DNA of 64,000 nucleotides from Candidatus Dormiibacterota bacterium (GCA_963717185.1 CAVQVY010000053.1:83-64082), one strand, 5' to 3'; shown: positions 48,980-59,020, numbered from the stretch's first letter. Made by a program: numbers and translations. Notes: generated by a model from the sequence alone, not told the origin.

Positions 48980-50236
48980 ATGGCACGACACAGAGGCGGC
49001 GGCTCCAGCCCGGTGGAGTCGTCCGCCATGACGCGGGTGCTGCTCGCCGGCGCGTTCCAGCGCAGCTCGCGTCGCGAGCAGACGGAGATCGAGCTCGATG
49101 AGCTCGAGGAACTGGCGCGCACCATGGGGACCACCGTGGTGGAGCGCGCCGCGGTTCCGCTGCGCGAGGTGCACCCTGGCACCTTCTTCGGCTCCGGCAC
49201 GGTCGAGGCGCTGGGCGCGCGAATCACGGAGCTCAAAGGACCCGCCGCACTCGTCAACGACGAGCTCTCGCCACGCCAGCAGCGCAACCTGCAGGAGGCA
49301 TGGGGTGTCCCGGTCCTCGACCGCACAGACGTCATCCTGGCCATCTTCGGGCGGCGCGCACGCAGCGCCGAGGGCCGCGTCCAGGTTGAGATGGCCCAGC
49401 TGGAGCACCAACTCTCACGCTTGGCCGGCGGGTGGGCGCACCTCGAACGCCAGCGCGGGCGCGTCGGCACCGGCGGCATGCGCGGCGGCATGGGCGAGAA
49501 GCAGATCGAGGTCGACCGCCGGCTGATAAACGCGAAGCTGCGCCGGCTGCGCCAGCGGCTCAAGGAGATTCAGAGGCAGCGCACCACCCGGCGGACCGCG
49601 CGCACCGCGGTGCCGCTGGCCTCGTGCGCGCTGGTCGGCTACACCAACGCGGGCAAGTCGACCCTCCTCAACCGGCTCACCAACTCGACGGTGCTCGCGG
49701 ACGACCTGCTGTTCGCGACGCTCGACCCCACCTCGCGCCTGCTCGGTCTCGCCAGCGGCCGCCGGGTCATCGTCACCGACACGGTCGGGTTCATCCAGTC
49801 GCTGCCCCACGAGCTCGTCGAGGCGTTCGGCGCCACCCTCGAGGAGGTGCGCGAGGCGCACATCCTCACCATCGTCGTCGACGCCTCGCACCCGGACGCG
49901 GAGGCGCAGCTGGAGACCGTGCTCGAGACGCTCGACGAGATGGGCTGCGACCAGCCCGCGATCCTCGCGGTCAACAAGGTCGACCGCCTCGACGGCGCAG
50001 AGGCCGCCGAGATGGCGCGACGTCTCGGGGCCATCGCCCACCTGGCGCCGGTGCCGATCTCCGCGACCAAGGGCACGGGCCTGCGCGAGCTGCGCGCGGC
50101 CATCGACGAGCTGGTCGCGCAGACGGTGCCCGACACCCGCGCCAACCGCCCGATCATCGCCTCGGAGCCGTTCGACGAAGTGGCGGCGGACGATGCACCG
50201 GAGGAGCTGGTCGCGCGGAGCCGCGCCGCGTCCTGA
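48980..50236 (+). CDS. hflX: GTPase HflX
   Basis: LSPRQQRNL, GEKQIEVDRR, GYTNAGKST, LFATLD, DTVGFI, NKVD. Confidence 0.95.
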   Translation: MARHRGGGSSPVESSAMTRVLLAGAFQRSSRREQTEIELDELEELARTMGTTVVERAAVPLREVHPGTFFGSGTVEALGARITELKGPAALVNDELSPRQQRNLQEAWGVPVLDRTDVILAIFGRRARSAEGRVQVEMAQLEHQLSRLAGGWAHLERQRGRVGTGGMRGGMGEKQIEVDRRLINAKLRRLRQRLKEIQRQRTTRRTARTAVPLASCALVGYTNAGKSTLLNRLTNSTVLADDLLFATLDPTSRLLGLASGRRVIVTDTVGFIQSLPHELVEAFGATLEEVREAHILTIVVDASHPDAEAQLETVLETLDEMGCDQPAILAVNKVDRLDGAEAAEMARRLGAIAHLAPVPISATKGTGLRELRAAIDELVAQTVPDTRANRPIIASEPFDEVAADDAPEELVARSRAAS

Positions 50237-50248
50237 CCCGGATCGGAT

Positions 50249-50391
50249 CGAGTCCAAGCCGGAGGCGGGCGGCATCACTCCGGTCGCGGTGCTCGCGGGC
50301 GCTTCGGAGCCCCCGGGCTTCGCCCAGTCGGTCTCCTCGCTGCTGCGCAATGCTCTCTCCGCGATGCCGCCCACCTCCCTCCCGTTGGTCG
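50249..50391 (-). ncRNA. Candidate structured RNA (long hairpin, 6S-like) or palindromic repeat element
   Basis: 18-bp arms 50261-50278 and 50361-50378; both mismatches are G-U pairs on the minus strand; apical CTGGGC-GAA-GCCCGG stem. Confidence 0.4.
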
Positions 50392-50461
50392 AGGTCGCGC
50401 CTCGGTAACGGTCGCGCTCCGTCTTCGGCAGGCCGGCCGCGCGAGCGCTGACACTTGCGTC

Positions 50462-51793
50462 GTGTCGGTGATGACCTGGCGGCGGTGGTGGCCGCCGCGC
50501 GCGGACCGCTCCTCTCGCGACTGGCGGTGGATCCTGCACGTGCTGCTCACCGCGGGCGCCGTCGCGGCCGTGATCGGCGCCGTCTACAACTTCGTGGTGC
50601 TGCCGATCGCGGGCAGCTTCACCGGGCCGTTCGAGGACTTCGGCGCGTACTCCGGGGCTGCACACGCCGTCGCCACCGGGACCAGCCCATACGCCTCCTT
50701 CGGCGGCGCCACCATCGTGATGACAGGGTTCGACTATCCCCCGTTCGCCGCGGTGCTGCTGCGGCCGCTCGCTGCGCTCTCCGCACGGTGGCAGGAACTG
50801 ACCTGGCTGTGGATCGCGTTGGTGTCGCTGGTCGGCGGCGCGGTGATCACCGCCCGAGCGCTGCTTCCCAAGGCGTGGCCACGCGCGCGCATCGGCGTGT
50901 TCGTGGCTCTCACCTTCCCGCCCGCCACGTACAACCTCTGGCACGGGCAGATGAACACCGTCATCTTCCTCCTCCTCGCGGTGGCGCTCTCCGACTACCT
51001 GTCGGGCCATCGCACCCGCTGCGCGGTCGTCCTCGGCGTTGCCGCCGGCATCAAGATCGCCCCGGTTGTGCTGCTGATCGTCCTGGTGCGGCGGGGCTGG
51101 TGGCGCGCCGCGCTCGCGGGGGTTGCGACCGCCGCGGCCACCGTGGCCGTGGGCATCGGCGCGCTGGGCTGGTCGGTGACCCACCAGTACCTCACCTCGG
51201 TGCTGCCGGTGCTCAACCGTGACAACGGGTGGATCTACAACCAGACGTGGAACGGCGTGGTCGACCGGCTCGCCCAACACTCCGTGCTGACGGTCGACGC
51301 CCCCTCACTCTGGTTGCACGGCGTGGCAACCGCGCTCTCGCTGCTGACCGTGGCCGCGCTGCTGGTCGCGGTGAGCCGGCGCGAGCGCACCCGGGCGGAG
51401 CGTGGGGCTGAGTTCGCCTGCGGCGTGATCGTGATGCTGCTGGTCGGCAGCATCGCCTGGTACCCGGTGTACGTCCACCTGCTCATCGCGATCGCGGCGG
51501 CGGCCGGCCTCGCATACGAGCGCCGCCGGCTCGGTCGCACCCTCGCCTGGTGGAGCGTTGCCGCGTTGGTCGGAGTGGGCGTCGTCGGTGGCGCGGCCAT
51601 CGCGGCTCTCAGCGTCGCCGGCATCGGCCCAGTGGCGACAAGCCCGGCGTGGTGGCTCTTCCTCCAGGCCTGCTCGCTGCCCGCCATCCTCGCCACCGCG
51701 CTGCTCGTCGCTCTGACCAGGGCGGTCCGCTCCCGTGCGGTCCGCTCCCGTGCGGTCGCCGCTCCGCTCAGAGGCGCTGCGCTCGAGCGGTGA
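50462..51793 (+). CDS. GT87-family (GT-C) glycosyltransferase
   Basis: EDFGAY, FDYPPFAA, GQMN, GIKIAP, multiple TM helices. Confidence 0.85.
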   Translation: MSVMTWRRWWPPRADRSSRDWRWILHVLLTAGAVAAVIGAVYNFVVLPIAGSFTGPFEDFGAYSGAAHAVATGTSPYASFGGATIVMTGFDYPPFAAVLLRPLAALSARWQELTWLWIALVSLVGGAVITARALLPKAWPRARIGVFVALTFPPATYNLWHGQMNTVIFLLLAVALSDYLSGHRTRCAVVLGVAAGIKIAPVVLLIVLVRRGWWRAALAGVATAAATVAVGIGALGWSVTHQYLTSVLPVLNRDNGWIYNQTWNGVVDRLAQHSVLTVDAPSLWLHGVATALSLLTVAALLVAVSRRERTRAERGAEFACGVIVMLLVGSIAWYPVYVHLLIAIAAAAGLAYERRRLGRTLAWWSVAALVGVGVVGGAAIAALSVAGIGPVATSPAWWLFLQACSLPAILATALLVALTRAVRSRAVRSRAVAAPLRGAALER

Positions 51794-52238
51794 CGCGCTC
51801 AGCGTCGCGCCGGGCGTCGCGCTCGGCGATCGCCTGGCGCTTGTCCCAGAGCTTCTTGCCCCTGGCCAGCCCGAACTCGAGCTTGATGCGGTTGCCCTTG
51901 AGGTAGATGCGCAGCGGCACCAGGGTCAGGCCCTGCTGAGCCACCTTGGCGCCGAGGTACTCGATCTCACGCTTGTGGAGCAGCAGGCGGCGGCGGCGCT
52001 GGGGCTCGTGGTTGCGCCGGTTGCCCTGTGCGTACTCGGCGATGTTGACGCCGAGCAGCCACGCCTCCCCGTTCTCCACTCGCACATAGCCCTCACGAAG
52101 CTGGGTGCGACCGTCGCGCAGGGCCTTGACCTCGGTGCCGGTGAGCTCGATCCCCGCCTCGAACGTCTCGAGGATCGAGTACTCGTGCGTCGCCTGGCGA
52201 TTGCGCGCCAGCGCCGAGTTGGTCGCCGTGCGCGTCAT
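51768..52238 (-). CDS. smpB: SsrA-binding protein
   Basis: NRQATHEY, EAGIELTGTEVK, LLLHKREI, GKKLWDKR. Confidence 0.97.
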   Translation of the reverse strand: MTRTATNSALARNRQATHEYSILETFEAGIELTGTEVKALRDGRTQLREGYVRVENGEAWLLGVNIAEYAQGNRRNHEPQRRRRLLLHKREIEYLGAKVAQQGLTLVPLRIYLKGNRIKLEFGLARGKKLWDKRQAIAERDARRDAERVTARAQRL

Positions 52239-53161
52239 CGCCGCGCTGGTTGTGCGCGCCGTCCGCGCAGGTAGGCCGCCGTGGTCATGGGACGGCCACC
52301 GGGGGGCTGGACGCGGGCTAGGCGATACAACCCCGACATGGTGGCGACGTCGGCGGCCTCACCGCTGATCGCAACCACCTCCCCAGGCGCGGCCGCATCG
52401 GGCGCCGGTCCCGCAGGCGATCCCTCGAGCAGTCGCACCGCCTGGCCGGCGAGGGCGGCGGTCACACCCGGCCACGGCTGCAGTGCCCTCACACGACGGT
52501 CGAGGTCGGCCGCGGTGACCGATGCCCAGTCGGCATTGCCGTTTTCGCGGCGCAGCCGAGGCGCCAGCGTCGCCTGCGAGTCGTCCTGGGCCACCGCGCT
52601 GACACTGCCGCTCTCCACGCCGGCGAGGACCTCGATGAGCAGCCGCCCTCCCAGCGCCGCCAGCCGGCCCGAGAGCGACGGGGTGGTGTCGTCCCCGGCG
52701 ATGACGGTCTCGCCGGTGGCGTACACCGGCCCGGTGTCGAGCCCGGTGTCCATGCGCATGATCGACACCCCGGTGCGATCGTCGCCCGCCAGGATCGCCG
52801 CGGCCACCGGTGAGGCCCCCCGCCAGCGTGGCAGCAGTGAGCCGTGGACATTGATGCCGCCGTGGCGAGGCTCGTCGAGAAGCGCAGCAGGAATGATCTG
52901 GCCATAGGCGGCAACAACCAGCGCGTCAGGACCGAGGCCCAGGATCTCCTCGACACTCTCGGGCGCGCGGATCCGCTCCGGGCGCAGCACCGGGACGTCG
53001 AGCAGCGCGGCCGCCTCAGCGACGGGCCGGGGCGCCGGACGGCCGCGCGAGCCGGCGCGGTCCGGCTGCGTGACCACGGCGAGCAGCTGGTGTGCGCCTG
53101 CGACGGCTCGCAATGACGGGACCGCGAACTCAGCCGTGCCACAGAAGACGATGCGCATCAC
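52235..53161 (-). CDS. fmt: Methionyl-tRNA formyltransferase
   Basis: FCGTAEFA, VVTQPD, INVHGSLLPRWRGASP, GLDTGP. Confidence 0.96.
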   Translation of the reverse strand: MMRIVFCGTAEFAVPSLRAVAGAHQLLAVVTQPDRAGSRGRPAPRPVAEAAALLDVPVLRPERIRAPESVEEILGLGPDALVVAAYGQIIPAALLDEPRHGGINVHGSLLPRWRGASPVAAAILAGDDRTGVSIMRMDTGLDTGPVYATGETVIAGDDTTPSLSGRLAALGGRLLIEVLAGVESGSVSAVAQDDSQATLAPRLRRENGNADWASVTAADLDRRVRALQPWPGVTAALAGQAVRLLEGSPAGPAPDAAAPGEVVAISGEAADVATMSGLYRLARVQPPGGRPMTTAAYLRGRRAQPARR

Positions 53162-53189
53162 AGTGCTGTCGCGGCGGTCGCGGCCCCGG

Positions 53190-53702
53190 TCAGCCGACCA
53201 GCTCGCCCTCGGGCGCCTCGGCGTCCTCGTCGGCCGGGTCCCAGCTCCGCAGCGTGCCCTCGATCACCTTGGTGGTGAAGAGGATTCCATCGAGGTGATC
53301 CACCTCGTGCTGGATGGCCCGCGCCAGCAGACCGTCACCCTTGACGCGGATCTCCTTGCCGTGGCGGTTGAGTCCCCTGGCGACGACGCGCTGACAGCGG
53401 GTCACCTCACCGATCAGCCCGGGCACGGAGAGGCAGCCTTCGAAGCCCGTCTGCTCGCCCTCGCAACGAACCATCTCCGGGTTGGCGACCTGGTACAGCT
53501 GGTTGTCGACCTTGAGCACGATCACCCGCAGCGGGACACCGACCTGCGGGGCGGCGAGGCCGGCGCCGTGCGCCTCGATCATGGTCTCGACCATGTCGTC
53601 CATCAGCTTGCGGATGGTGTCGTCGACGCGCGGCACCCGTGTCGCCCTGCTGACCAGCACGGGGTCCTCGTCAGCGGCGAGGACGATGGGAAGCACTGCC
53701 AC
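53190..53702 (-). CDS. def: Peptide deformylase
   Basis: GAGLAAPQVG, EGCLS, QHEVDHLDG. Confidence 0.96.
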   Translation of the reverse strand: MAVLPIVLAADEDPVLVSRATRVPRVDDTIRKLMDDMVETMIEAHGAGLAAPQVGVPLRVIVLKVDNQLYQVANPEMVRCEGEQTGFEGCLSVPGLIGEVTRCQRVVARGLNRHGKEIRVKGDGLLARAIQHEVDHLDGILFTTKVIEGTLRSWDPADEDAEAPEGELVG

Positions 53703-53710
53703 GGGTCACC

Positions 53711-55774
53711 TCACGGTCCGGGATCGACGTCGATGCTCCAGCCGCGTCCGTGCGGCAGGTGGGTGAACGCCCTCTCGATCGCCTCGCCTCGAACCGTGAT
53801 CTGCCATCGGTATTCACCGCGCAGACGGTGGAGAAAGGCGGGAGTCGGCCCGAGGACTTCGAGGCCCGATCCGGCGCCGAGTTTATCAGACACCTCCGCG
53901 AACGCCCGCCGCGCCTCGATCTCGGCGCGGGCGTCGTCGCGGTGGTTGACGGTGCACACGACCATGCGCGTGTACGGCGGGAAGCGCAGCGCGCGCCGGA
54001 CGCGAATCTCCTCACGCGCGAAGGACAGGTAGTCGTGGGTGACCGCGTGGCGCACCGCGTAGTGTTGCGGGCTGTACGTCTGCAGGATGACGCGGGCTGG
54101 TTCGTCGCCGCGGCCGGCGCGGCCGGCCACCTGGGTGAGCAGGGAGAAGGTCGACTCGCCGCTGCGGTAGTCGGGGAAGTGCAACGACACGTCGGCGTTG
54201 ACGATGCCCACCAGCCGGACGTTGCCGAGGTCCCAGCCCTTGGCCACCATCTGGGTCCCGATCAGGCAGTCCGCCTCGTGGTTGGCGAAGCGGTCGTAGA
54301 TGGTGAAGTACGCGTCACGGCTGGCGGTCGTGTCACGGTCCATGCGCAGCAGCCGCAGGCTGGGAAAGCGCTCGTGCACCTCCACCTCGAGTCGCTCCGT
54401 GCCCATGCCAAGTCCGCGGATCGCGGTCGACCCGCAGCTCGGACAGATGTCCGGGAGCCCGCGCGAGGCGCCGCAGTAGTGGCAGTCACAGCGGCGCCTG
54501 TCGGCGTGGTACACGAGCGAGACGCTGCAGCTCTCGCAGGTCAGCGCCTCACCGCAGCTGCGGCACACGACCACCGTGGCCGTGCCGCGGCGGTTGAGAA
54601 AGAGGATCGACTGGCCGCCACCCTCGTGGCATTCGGCGAGCGCGCGGTCCAGCTCGAGCGAGAGCGGGCTGCGATTGCCGGCGCGCAGCTCCTCGCGAAG
54701 GTCGACCACCTCGATCGGCGGCAGCGGCCGGCCGCTGATGCGCTGGTCGAGCGTGACCAGCTCGAAGCCCCCGGTGTGCGCCGCGTAGAAGGTCTCGACC
54801 CGTGGCGTGGCGCTGCCCAGGACCACGGGCACGTCCTCGAGCCGGCCGCGCTCCAGCGCCACGTCCACCGCGTGGTAGCGCGGGATGCGGTCCTGCTTGT
54901 AGGCGGACGCGTCCTCCTCGTCGACGACGATGATCCCGAGCCGCGGCAGCGGCGCGAACACGGCGCTTCGTGAGCCCACCACCACGTCGAGCTCGCCGTC
55001 GCGCAGACGCCGCCACTCCCGCGCGCGCTCCGCCTCGGTCAGCGCGGAGTGCAGCACGGCGACGCGGCCCGGGAAGCGCGCCGCGAATCGCCGGATGGTC
55101 TGTGGCGTCAGCGCGATCTCCGGCACCATCACGATCGCCTGGCGACCTTCGGCCAGCGCGGCTGCGATGGCGACCAGGTACACCTCGGTCTTGCCGGAGC
55201 CGGTGACGCCGTGGAGGAGCACACGACGGTGGCTGTGCGACGCGACCGCTTCCAACAGCGGCACGGCGGCGGCGTGCTGCGCGGGCGTCAAAGGCAGCGG
55301 CGCCTCGGCCACGGCGCCGTCGTGGGCGCGGGTCGCAGCCACCGCCGCTGACGTGGTGCGCGGGCCGCGCTTGCGCCCGCCGGGGCGAGCCGAGCGCACC
55401 CCCTTGGGGAGCATCGCCCGGATCACCTCACCCAGCGGCGCGCAGTATCGAGCCGCGATCCAGCGCGCCAGCTGCAGTGCCGTCGCCCCGAGGATGGGAG
55501 CCTCGTCGAGGACGTCGGAGACCGGCCGGGCCTCTCCGCCCGGGAGAGCGCCGTCACGCGCGACGACGTAGCCCATAACCTCGCGCGAGCCGAACGGGAC
55601 CGTCACCCGTGCCCCCGGGACCGCCACCTCGACCAGGTGGTCGGGAACCGAGTAGGTGTACGTGTCCTTGGGGAGGATCGCGCCGGTGTCCGGCGATACC
55701 GCGACGTGCGCCGGAGGGCCGGGGACATGTCCGACGGCGGGGGCCTCCTCGAGGCTCTGCCGCTGCTCACTCAC
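53711..55774 (-). CDS. priA: Primosomal protein N'
   Basis: GVTGSGKT, PEIALTPQ, Cys-rich Zn region, QVAGRAGR, IDVDP; GTG 55774 overlaps coaB stop. Confidence 0.95.
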   Translation of the reverse strand: MSEQRQSLEEAPAVGHVPGPPAHVAVSPDTGAILPKDTYTYSVPDHLVEVAVPGARVTVPFGSREVMGYVVARDGALPGGEARPVSDVLDEAPILGATALQLARWIAARYCAPLGEVIRAMLPKGVRSARPGGRKRGPRTTSAAVAATRAHDGAVAEAPLPLTPAQHAAAVPLLEAVASHSHRRVLLHGVTGSGKTEVYLVAIAAALAEGRQAIVMVPEIALTPQTIRRFAARFPGRVAVLHSALTEAERAREWRRLRDGELDVVVGSRSAVFAPLPRLGIIVVDEEDASAYKQDRIPRYHAVDVALERGRLEDVPVVLGSATPRVETFYAAHTGGFELVTLDQRISGRPLPPIEVVDLREELRAGNRSPLSLELDRALAECHEGGGQSILFLNRRGTATVVVCRSCGEALTCESCSVSLVYHADRRRCDCHYCGASRGLPDICPSCGSTAIRGLGMGTERLEVEVHERFPSLRLLRMDRDTTASRDAYFTIYDRFANHEADCLIGTQMVAKGWDLGNVRLVGIVNADVSLHFPDYRSGESTFSLLTQVAGRAGRGDEPARVILQTYSPQHYAVRHAVTHDYLSFAREEIRVRRALRFPPYTRMVVCTVNHRDDARAEIEARRAFAEVSDKLGAGSGLEVLGPTPAFLHRLRGEYRWQITVRGEAIERAFTHLPHGRGWSIDVDPGP

Positions 55775-56437
55775 CGGAGGCGCTCCTCGATGAGGTCGAG
55801 CAGCGCTGCGGCAACCTCGGGCTTGGGACTCTTGCGCGACGCGCTTCACCAGGCCACGTTCGTCGAAGACGGCGACCTCGTTGTCCTCGCTGCCCATGCC
55901 GATCTCGGGCCTCGACACGTCGTTGAGCACCACGAGGTCGAGGCGCTTCTCGGTGAGCTTGCGGACGGCATTGTGCTCGACGTCATCCGTCTCGGCAGCG
56001 AACCCGACCACCAGGACGCCGTCGCGCAGAGGATCGTCGACCAACGAGCGGAGGATGTCCACGGCGGGAACCAGCGTGAGCGTCAGCCGGTCACTTTTCT
56101 TGATCTTCTGTTCGCAGACCTCTGCGACACGGTAGTCGGCGACCGCCGCGGCCATCACCAGGACCGCAGCCCCGGGCAGCGCCGCACGGACTGCCTGGTT
56201 CATCTCGTCGGCCGTCTGGACCGCGACAACCGTGACGCGCTGGTCGTCAGGTGGCGAGGCCGCGGTGATCAGGGTGACGGCCGCACCGCGTTCCGCGGCC
56301 GCCACCGCGATGGCGTTGCCCATCCGTCCGCTGCTGCGGTTGCCGAGATAGCGGACGGGATCGATGGGCTCACGGGTGCCACCCGCGGTGATCACCACGG
56401 TGTGGCCGGCAAGCCGCGACGATCCACTGGTGGGCAT
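55771..56437 (-). CDS. coaB: Phosphopantothenate--cysteine ligase (CoaB domain; indel near 55830 fuses it to priA in the ORF track)
   Basis: ITAGGTREPIDPVRYLGNRSSGRMG, AAAVADY, VGFAAET. Confidence 0.88.
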
Positions 56438-56455
56438 GGGCGAAGGCTCCGCGCT

Positions 56456-57028
56456 TCAGCGGGGCGCCGAATCCCCGAGCGTGTCGATGATCGCCGCCAC
56501 GACGTCGTCGACCTCGGCCATCCGCCCGTCCCCCTCGGCGCCGCTCGCCAGCCGGCCGCGGACGGGGCCGACGAAGGCGACGCCGCGTGAGCGCAGCGTC
56601 TGCACGTTGGCCTGCGTGGCTGGGTGCTCCCACATGGCTGTCTCCATCGCGGGCGCGATCAGCAGCGGGGCGCGGCTCGCAAGCAGGGCCGCGGTGACCG
56701 CGTCGTCGGCGAACCCGTGGGCGAGCCGCGCCAACAGGTTTGCGCTGGCCGCGACGACGGCGTGCGACTGCGCCCACGAGCCGATGTCGATGTGACCCAT
56801 GCCATGCCCGCCGGCGCCGCCCTGCCAGATGCTGCGTGCGACCGGGTGGCCGCTCAGGCTCTGCAACGTCGTCTCGGTGATGAAGTGGCGCGCGCTCCTG
56901 GTCATCGCCACGCGCACCTCGCAGTCCTGCTTGCGCAGCGCGGTGATCACCTCGCAGGCCTTGTACGCCGCCACGCTCCCGCAGACATGGACCGCGACGC
57001 GCCGCTCGGGTGCGGCGGCGTCGGTCAC
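56456..57028 (-). CDS. coaC: Phosphopantothenoylcysteine decarboxylase (CoaC flavoprotein domain)
   Basis: GSVAAYK, HIDIG, APAMETAMW, GRLASG..GRM. Confidence 0.88.
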   Translation of the reverse strand: MTDAAAPERRVAVHVCGSVAAYKACEVITALRKQDCEVRVAMTRSARHFITETTLQSLSGHPVARSIWQGGAGGHGMGHIDIGSWAQSHAVVAASANLLARLAHGFADDAVTAALLASRAPLLIAPAMETAMWEHPATQANVQTLRSRGVAFVGPVRGRLASGAEGDGRMAEVDDVVAAIIDTLGDSAPR

Positions 57029-57621
57029 GTCTGAACCTCCGCTCGACGGCGGCGCACGATGTCGAGGATCTCGCGGGCGGCCCTGCCGACGTCGTCGTTC
57101 ACCACCCGATGATCGTACGCCGCGCCGTCGGCGAGCTCAGCAACCGCATTGGCGACACGCAGCTCGACCGAGGCCTCGTCCTCGGTGTCGCGCTCCACCA
57201 GGCGGCGGCGCAGCTCTTCTTCCGACGGGGGCAGCAGGAAGATGAAGATCGCCCCATCCACGCGCGGACGGATCCAGGCGGCGCCCTGCACGTCGATCTT
57301 GAGCACGATGTCCTCGCCGCGGTCGAGCGCCTCCTTGACCCTCTCTTCGGAGGTGCCGTAGCGGTGCCCATGAACCTCGGCCCACTCAAGGAACTCGCCG
57401 CGCTCTGCCATGGCGTTGAACGTGTCCTCGTCGACGAACGAGTAGGCGACGCCGTCGAGCTCTCCCGGCCTGGGCTCACGAGTCGTGTACGAGACGCTGT
57501 AGCGCAACGATGGGTCGAGCCTGCGCAGCTCGTTGAGCACCGTGTCCTTGCCGACGCCACTCGGCCCCGAGAGCACGATCAGCCTCCCTGGTTGCGTGGT
57601 GACGCGCGGGGCGCGTGCCAT
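57025..57621 (-). CDS. gmk: Guanylate kinase
   Basis: SGPSGVGKDT, SYTTREPRPGE, YGT, IDVQGA. Confidence 0.96.
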   Translation of the reverse strand: MARAPRVTTQPGRLIVLSGPSGVGKDTVLNELRRLDPSLRYSVSYTTREPRPGELDGVAYSFVDEDTFNAMAERGEFLEWAEVHGHRYGTSEERVKEALDRGEDIVLKIDVQGAAWIRPRVDGAIFIFLLPPSEEELRRRLVERDTEDEASVELRVANAVAELADGAAYDHRVVNDDVGRAAREILDIVRRRRAEVQT

Positions 57622-58523
57622 CAGGACAGCTCGGCCACGGCAAGCGCGGCGACGAGGTCGGCGGGCAGAGGCGACTCGAACTCACAGCGCTCACCGGTGT
57701 CCGGGTGCACGAAGCTGAGTCGCTGCGCGTGCAGGGCGGGGCGCGCGGACGTGGTGTCGCCGCGCCGCCCGTACACCGGGTCGCCGGCGATGGGGTGGCT
57801 GATCGACGCGAGGTGCACGCGAATCTGGTGGGTGCGGCCGGTGAGCAGGCGGACCTCGAGCCGGCTGAAGCGACGCATGCGCTCCACCACCGCGAACTCG
57901 GTGATCGCCGCACGGCCCTCGTCGACGACCGCCATCCGCTGGCGGTGTCCCGGGTCGCGACCGATCGGCGCCTCGATGCGCCCGGTCGTCTCGCGGAAGG
58001 AGCCGTGCACCAGGGCCCAGTACACGCGGCCGAGCGTGCGCCGCTGCAGCTGCAGCGACAGCGAACGGTGCGCGGCCTCGGTCTTGGCCACCACCAGCAG
58101 CCCGCTGGTGTCGCGGTCGAGCCGGTGCACGATGCCCGGACGCTGCTCGCCACCGAGCTGTGACCAGGTGGCGCCCCGTTGCCGGAGCCCGTCGGCGAGC
58201 GTGCCGGCCGCGTGGCCCGGCGCAGGGTGCACCACCATGCCCGCCGGCTTGTCGATCACCGCCAGCGCACTGTCCTCATAGACGACCGACAGAGTCACCA
58301 CCGGCCCGGCCAGCTCGGCCGGTGCCACCGGGGTGGGCGGGATGACCACCGCGACGTCGTCACGCGCTCGCACCCGCTGCCCCGACTTCGCGGGCCGGTC
58401 GTTGACGCGCACATGGCCGCCGGCGATCAGGGATTGGGCCGCGCTTCGGCTGACGTGCTCCTGCTGCATCACGCGGAGGTCGAGCCGGGTCGCCGGCTGA
58501 GGATGGTCGGCCACGCTGGTCAC
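57621..58523 (-). CDS. RluA/RluD family pseudouridine synthase
   Basis: S4-like N-terminus, DKPAGMVVHP, HRLDRDTSG, TGRTHQIRVH. Confidence 0.93.
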   Translation of the reverse strand: MTSVADHPQPATRLDLRVMQQEHVSRSAAQSLIAGGHVRVNDRPAKSGQRVRARDDVAVVIPPTPVAPAELAGPVVTLSVVYEDSALAVIDKPAGMVVHPAPGHAAGTLADGLRQRGATWSQLGGEQRPGIVHRLDRDTSGLLVVAKTEAAHRSLSLQLQRRTLGRVYWALVHGSFRETTGRIEAPIGRDPGHRQRMAVVDEGRAAITEFAVVERMRRFSRLEVRLLTGRTHQIRVHLASISHPIAGDPVYGRRGDTTSARPALHAQRLSFVHPDTGERCEFESPLPADLVAALAVAELS

Positions 58524-59020
58524 GTCGAGTGGTCGCCGTCGCCGTGCGCCGCGGCTGCCGGCACCATCCGCAGCGTGAGGACTCCGACCAGGAGCCCGAG
58601 CACGATGGCCATGTCGGCGACGTTGAACACCGGCCAGCGTTGCAGGTCGATGAAGTCGACCACGTAGCCCTGCACGACACGGTCCACCGCGTTGGACAGC
58701 GCGCCGCCCAGCACCATGCCCAGCAGCACCTGCGGGAACACGCCGGGGCCGAAGCGCCTGCCGGCGATGAGGATGTAGCCGGCGACCGCCACCGCGACGG
58801 CCAGGAAGACGAACTGCATCTGTGGGAAGAGGCCGAACGCAGCGCCCCGGTTCTCGATGTGGTGGATGGTGACCGGGCCGCTGCTCGGCACCTGGCTGCC
58901 GAGCGCGATGTTCTGCGTGACCAGCCACTTGGTCGCATGGTCGAGGATGAACACCAACGCAGCGGTGCTGAGCAGGACGCCGAGCTGGCGGCGACGGCCG
59001 GGCAGCGCCGCCTCAGCCAT
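58520..59020 (-). CDS. lspA: Signal peptidase II
   Basis: DHATK, NRGAAFG, GALSNAVDR, VVDFI, FNVAD. Confidence 0.95.
   Translation of the reverse strand: MAEAALPGRRRQLGVLLSTAALVFILDHATKWLVTQNIALGSQVPSSGPVTIHHIENRGAAFGLFPQMQFVFLAVAVAVAGYILIAGRRFGPGVFPQVLLGMVLGGALSNAVDRVVQGYVVDFIDLQRWPVFNVADMAIVLGLLVGVLTLRMVPAAAAHGDGDHST

Noticed and set aside
50290-50362. Glycine riboswitch (GGAGAG...CCGAAG on the minus strand)
   Set aside because: Lacks the CTCTCAGG core and has no downstream gene on that strand
53711-56437. 908-aa CoaB-PriA fusion
   Set aside because: A shifted frame near 55830 gives a normal CoaB end (LLDLIEERLR-stop) overlapping the priA GTG
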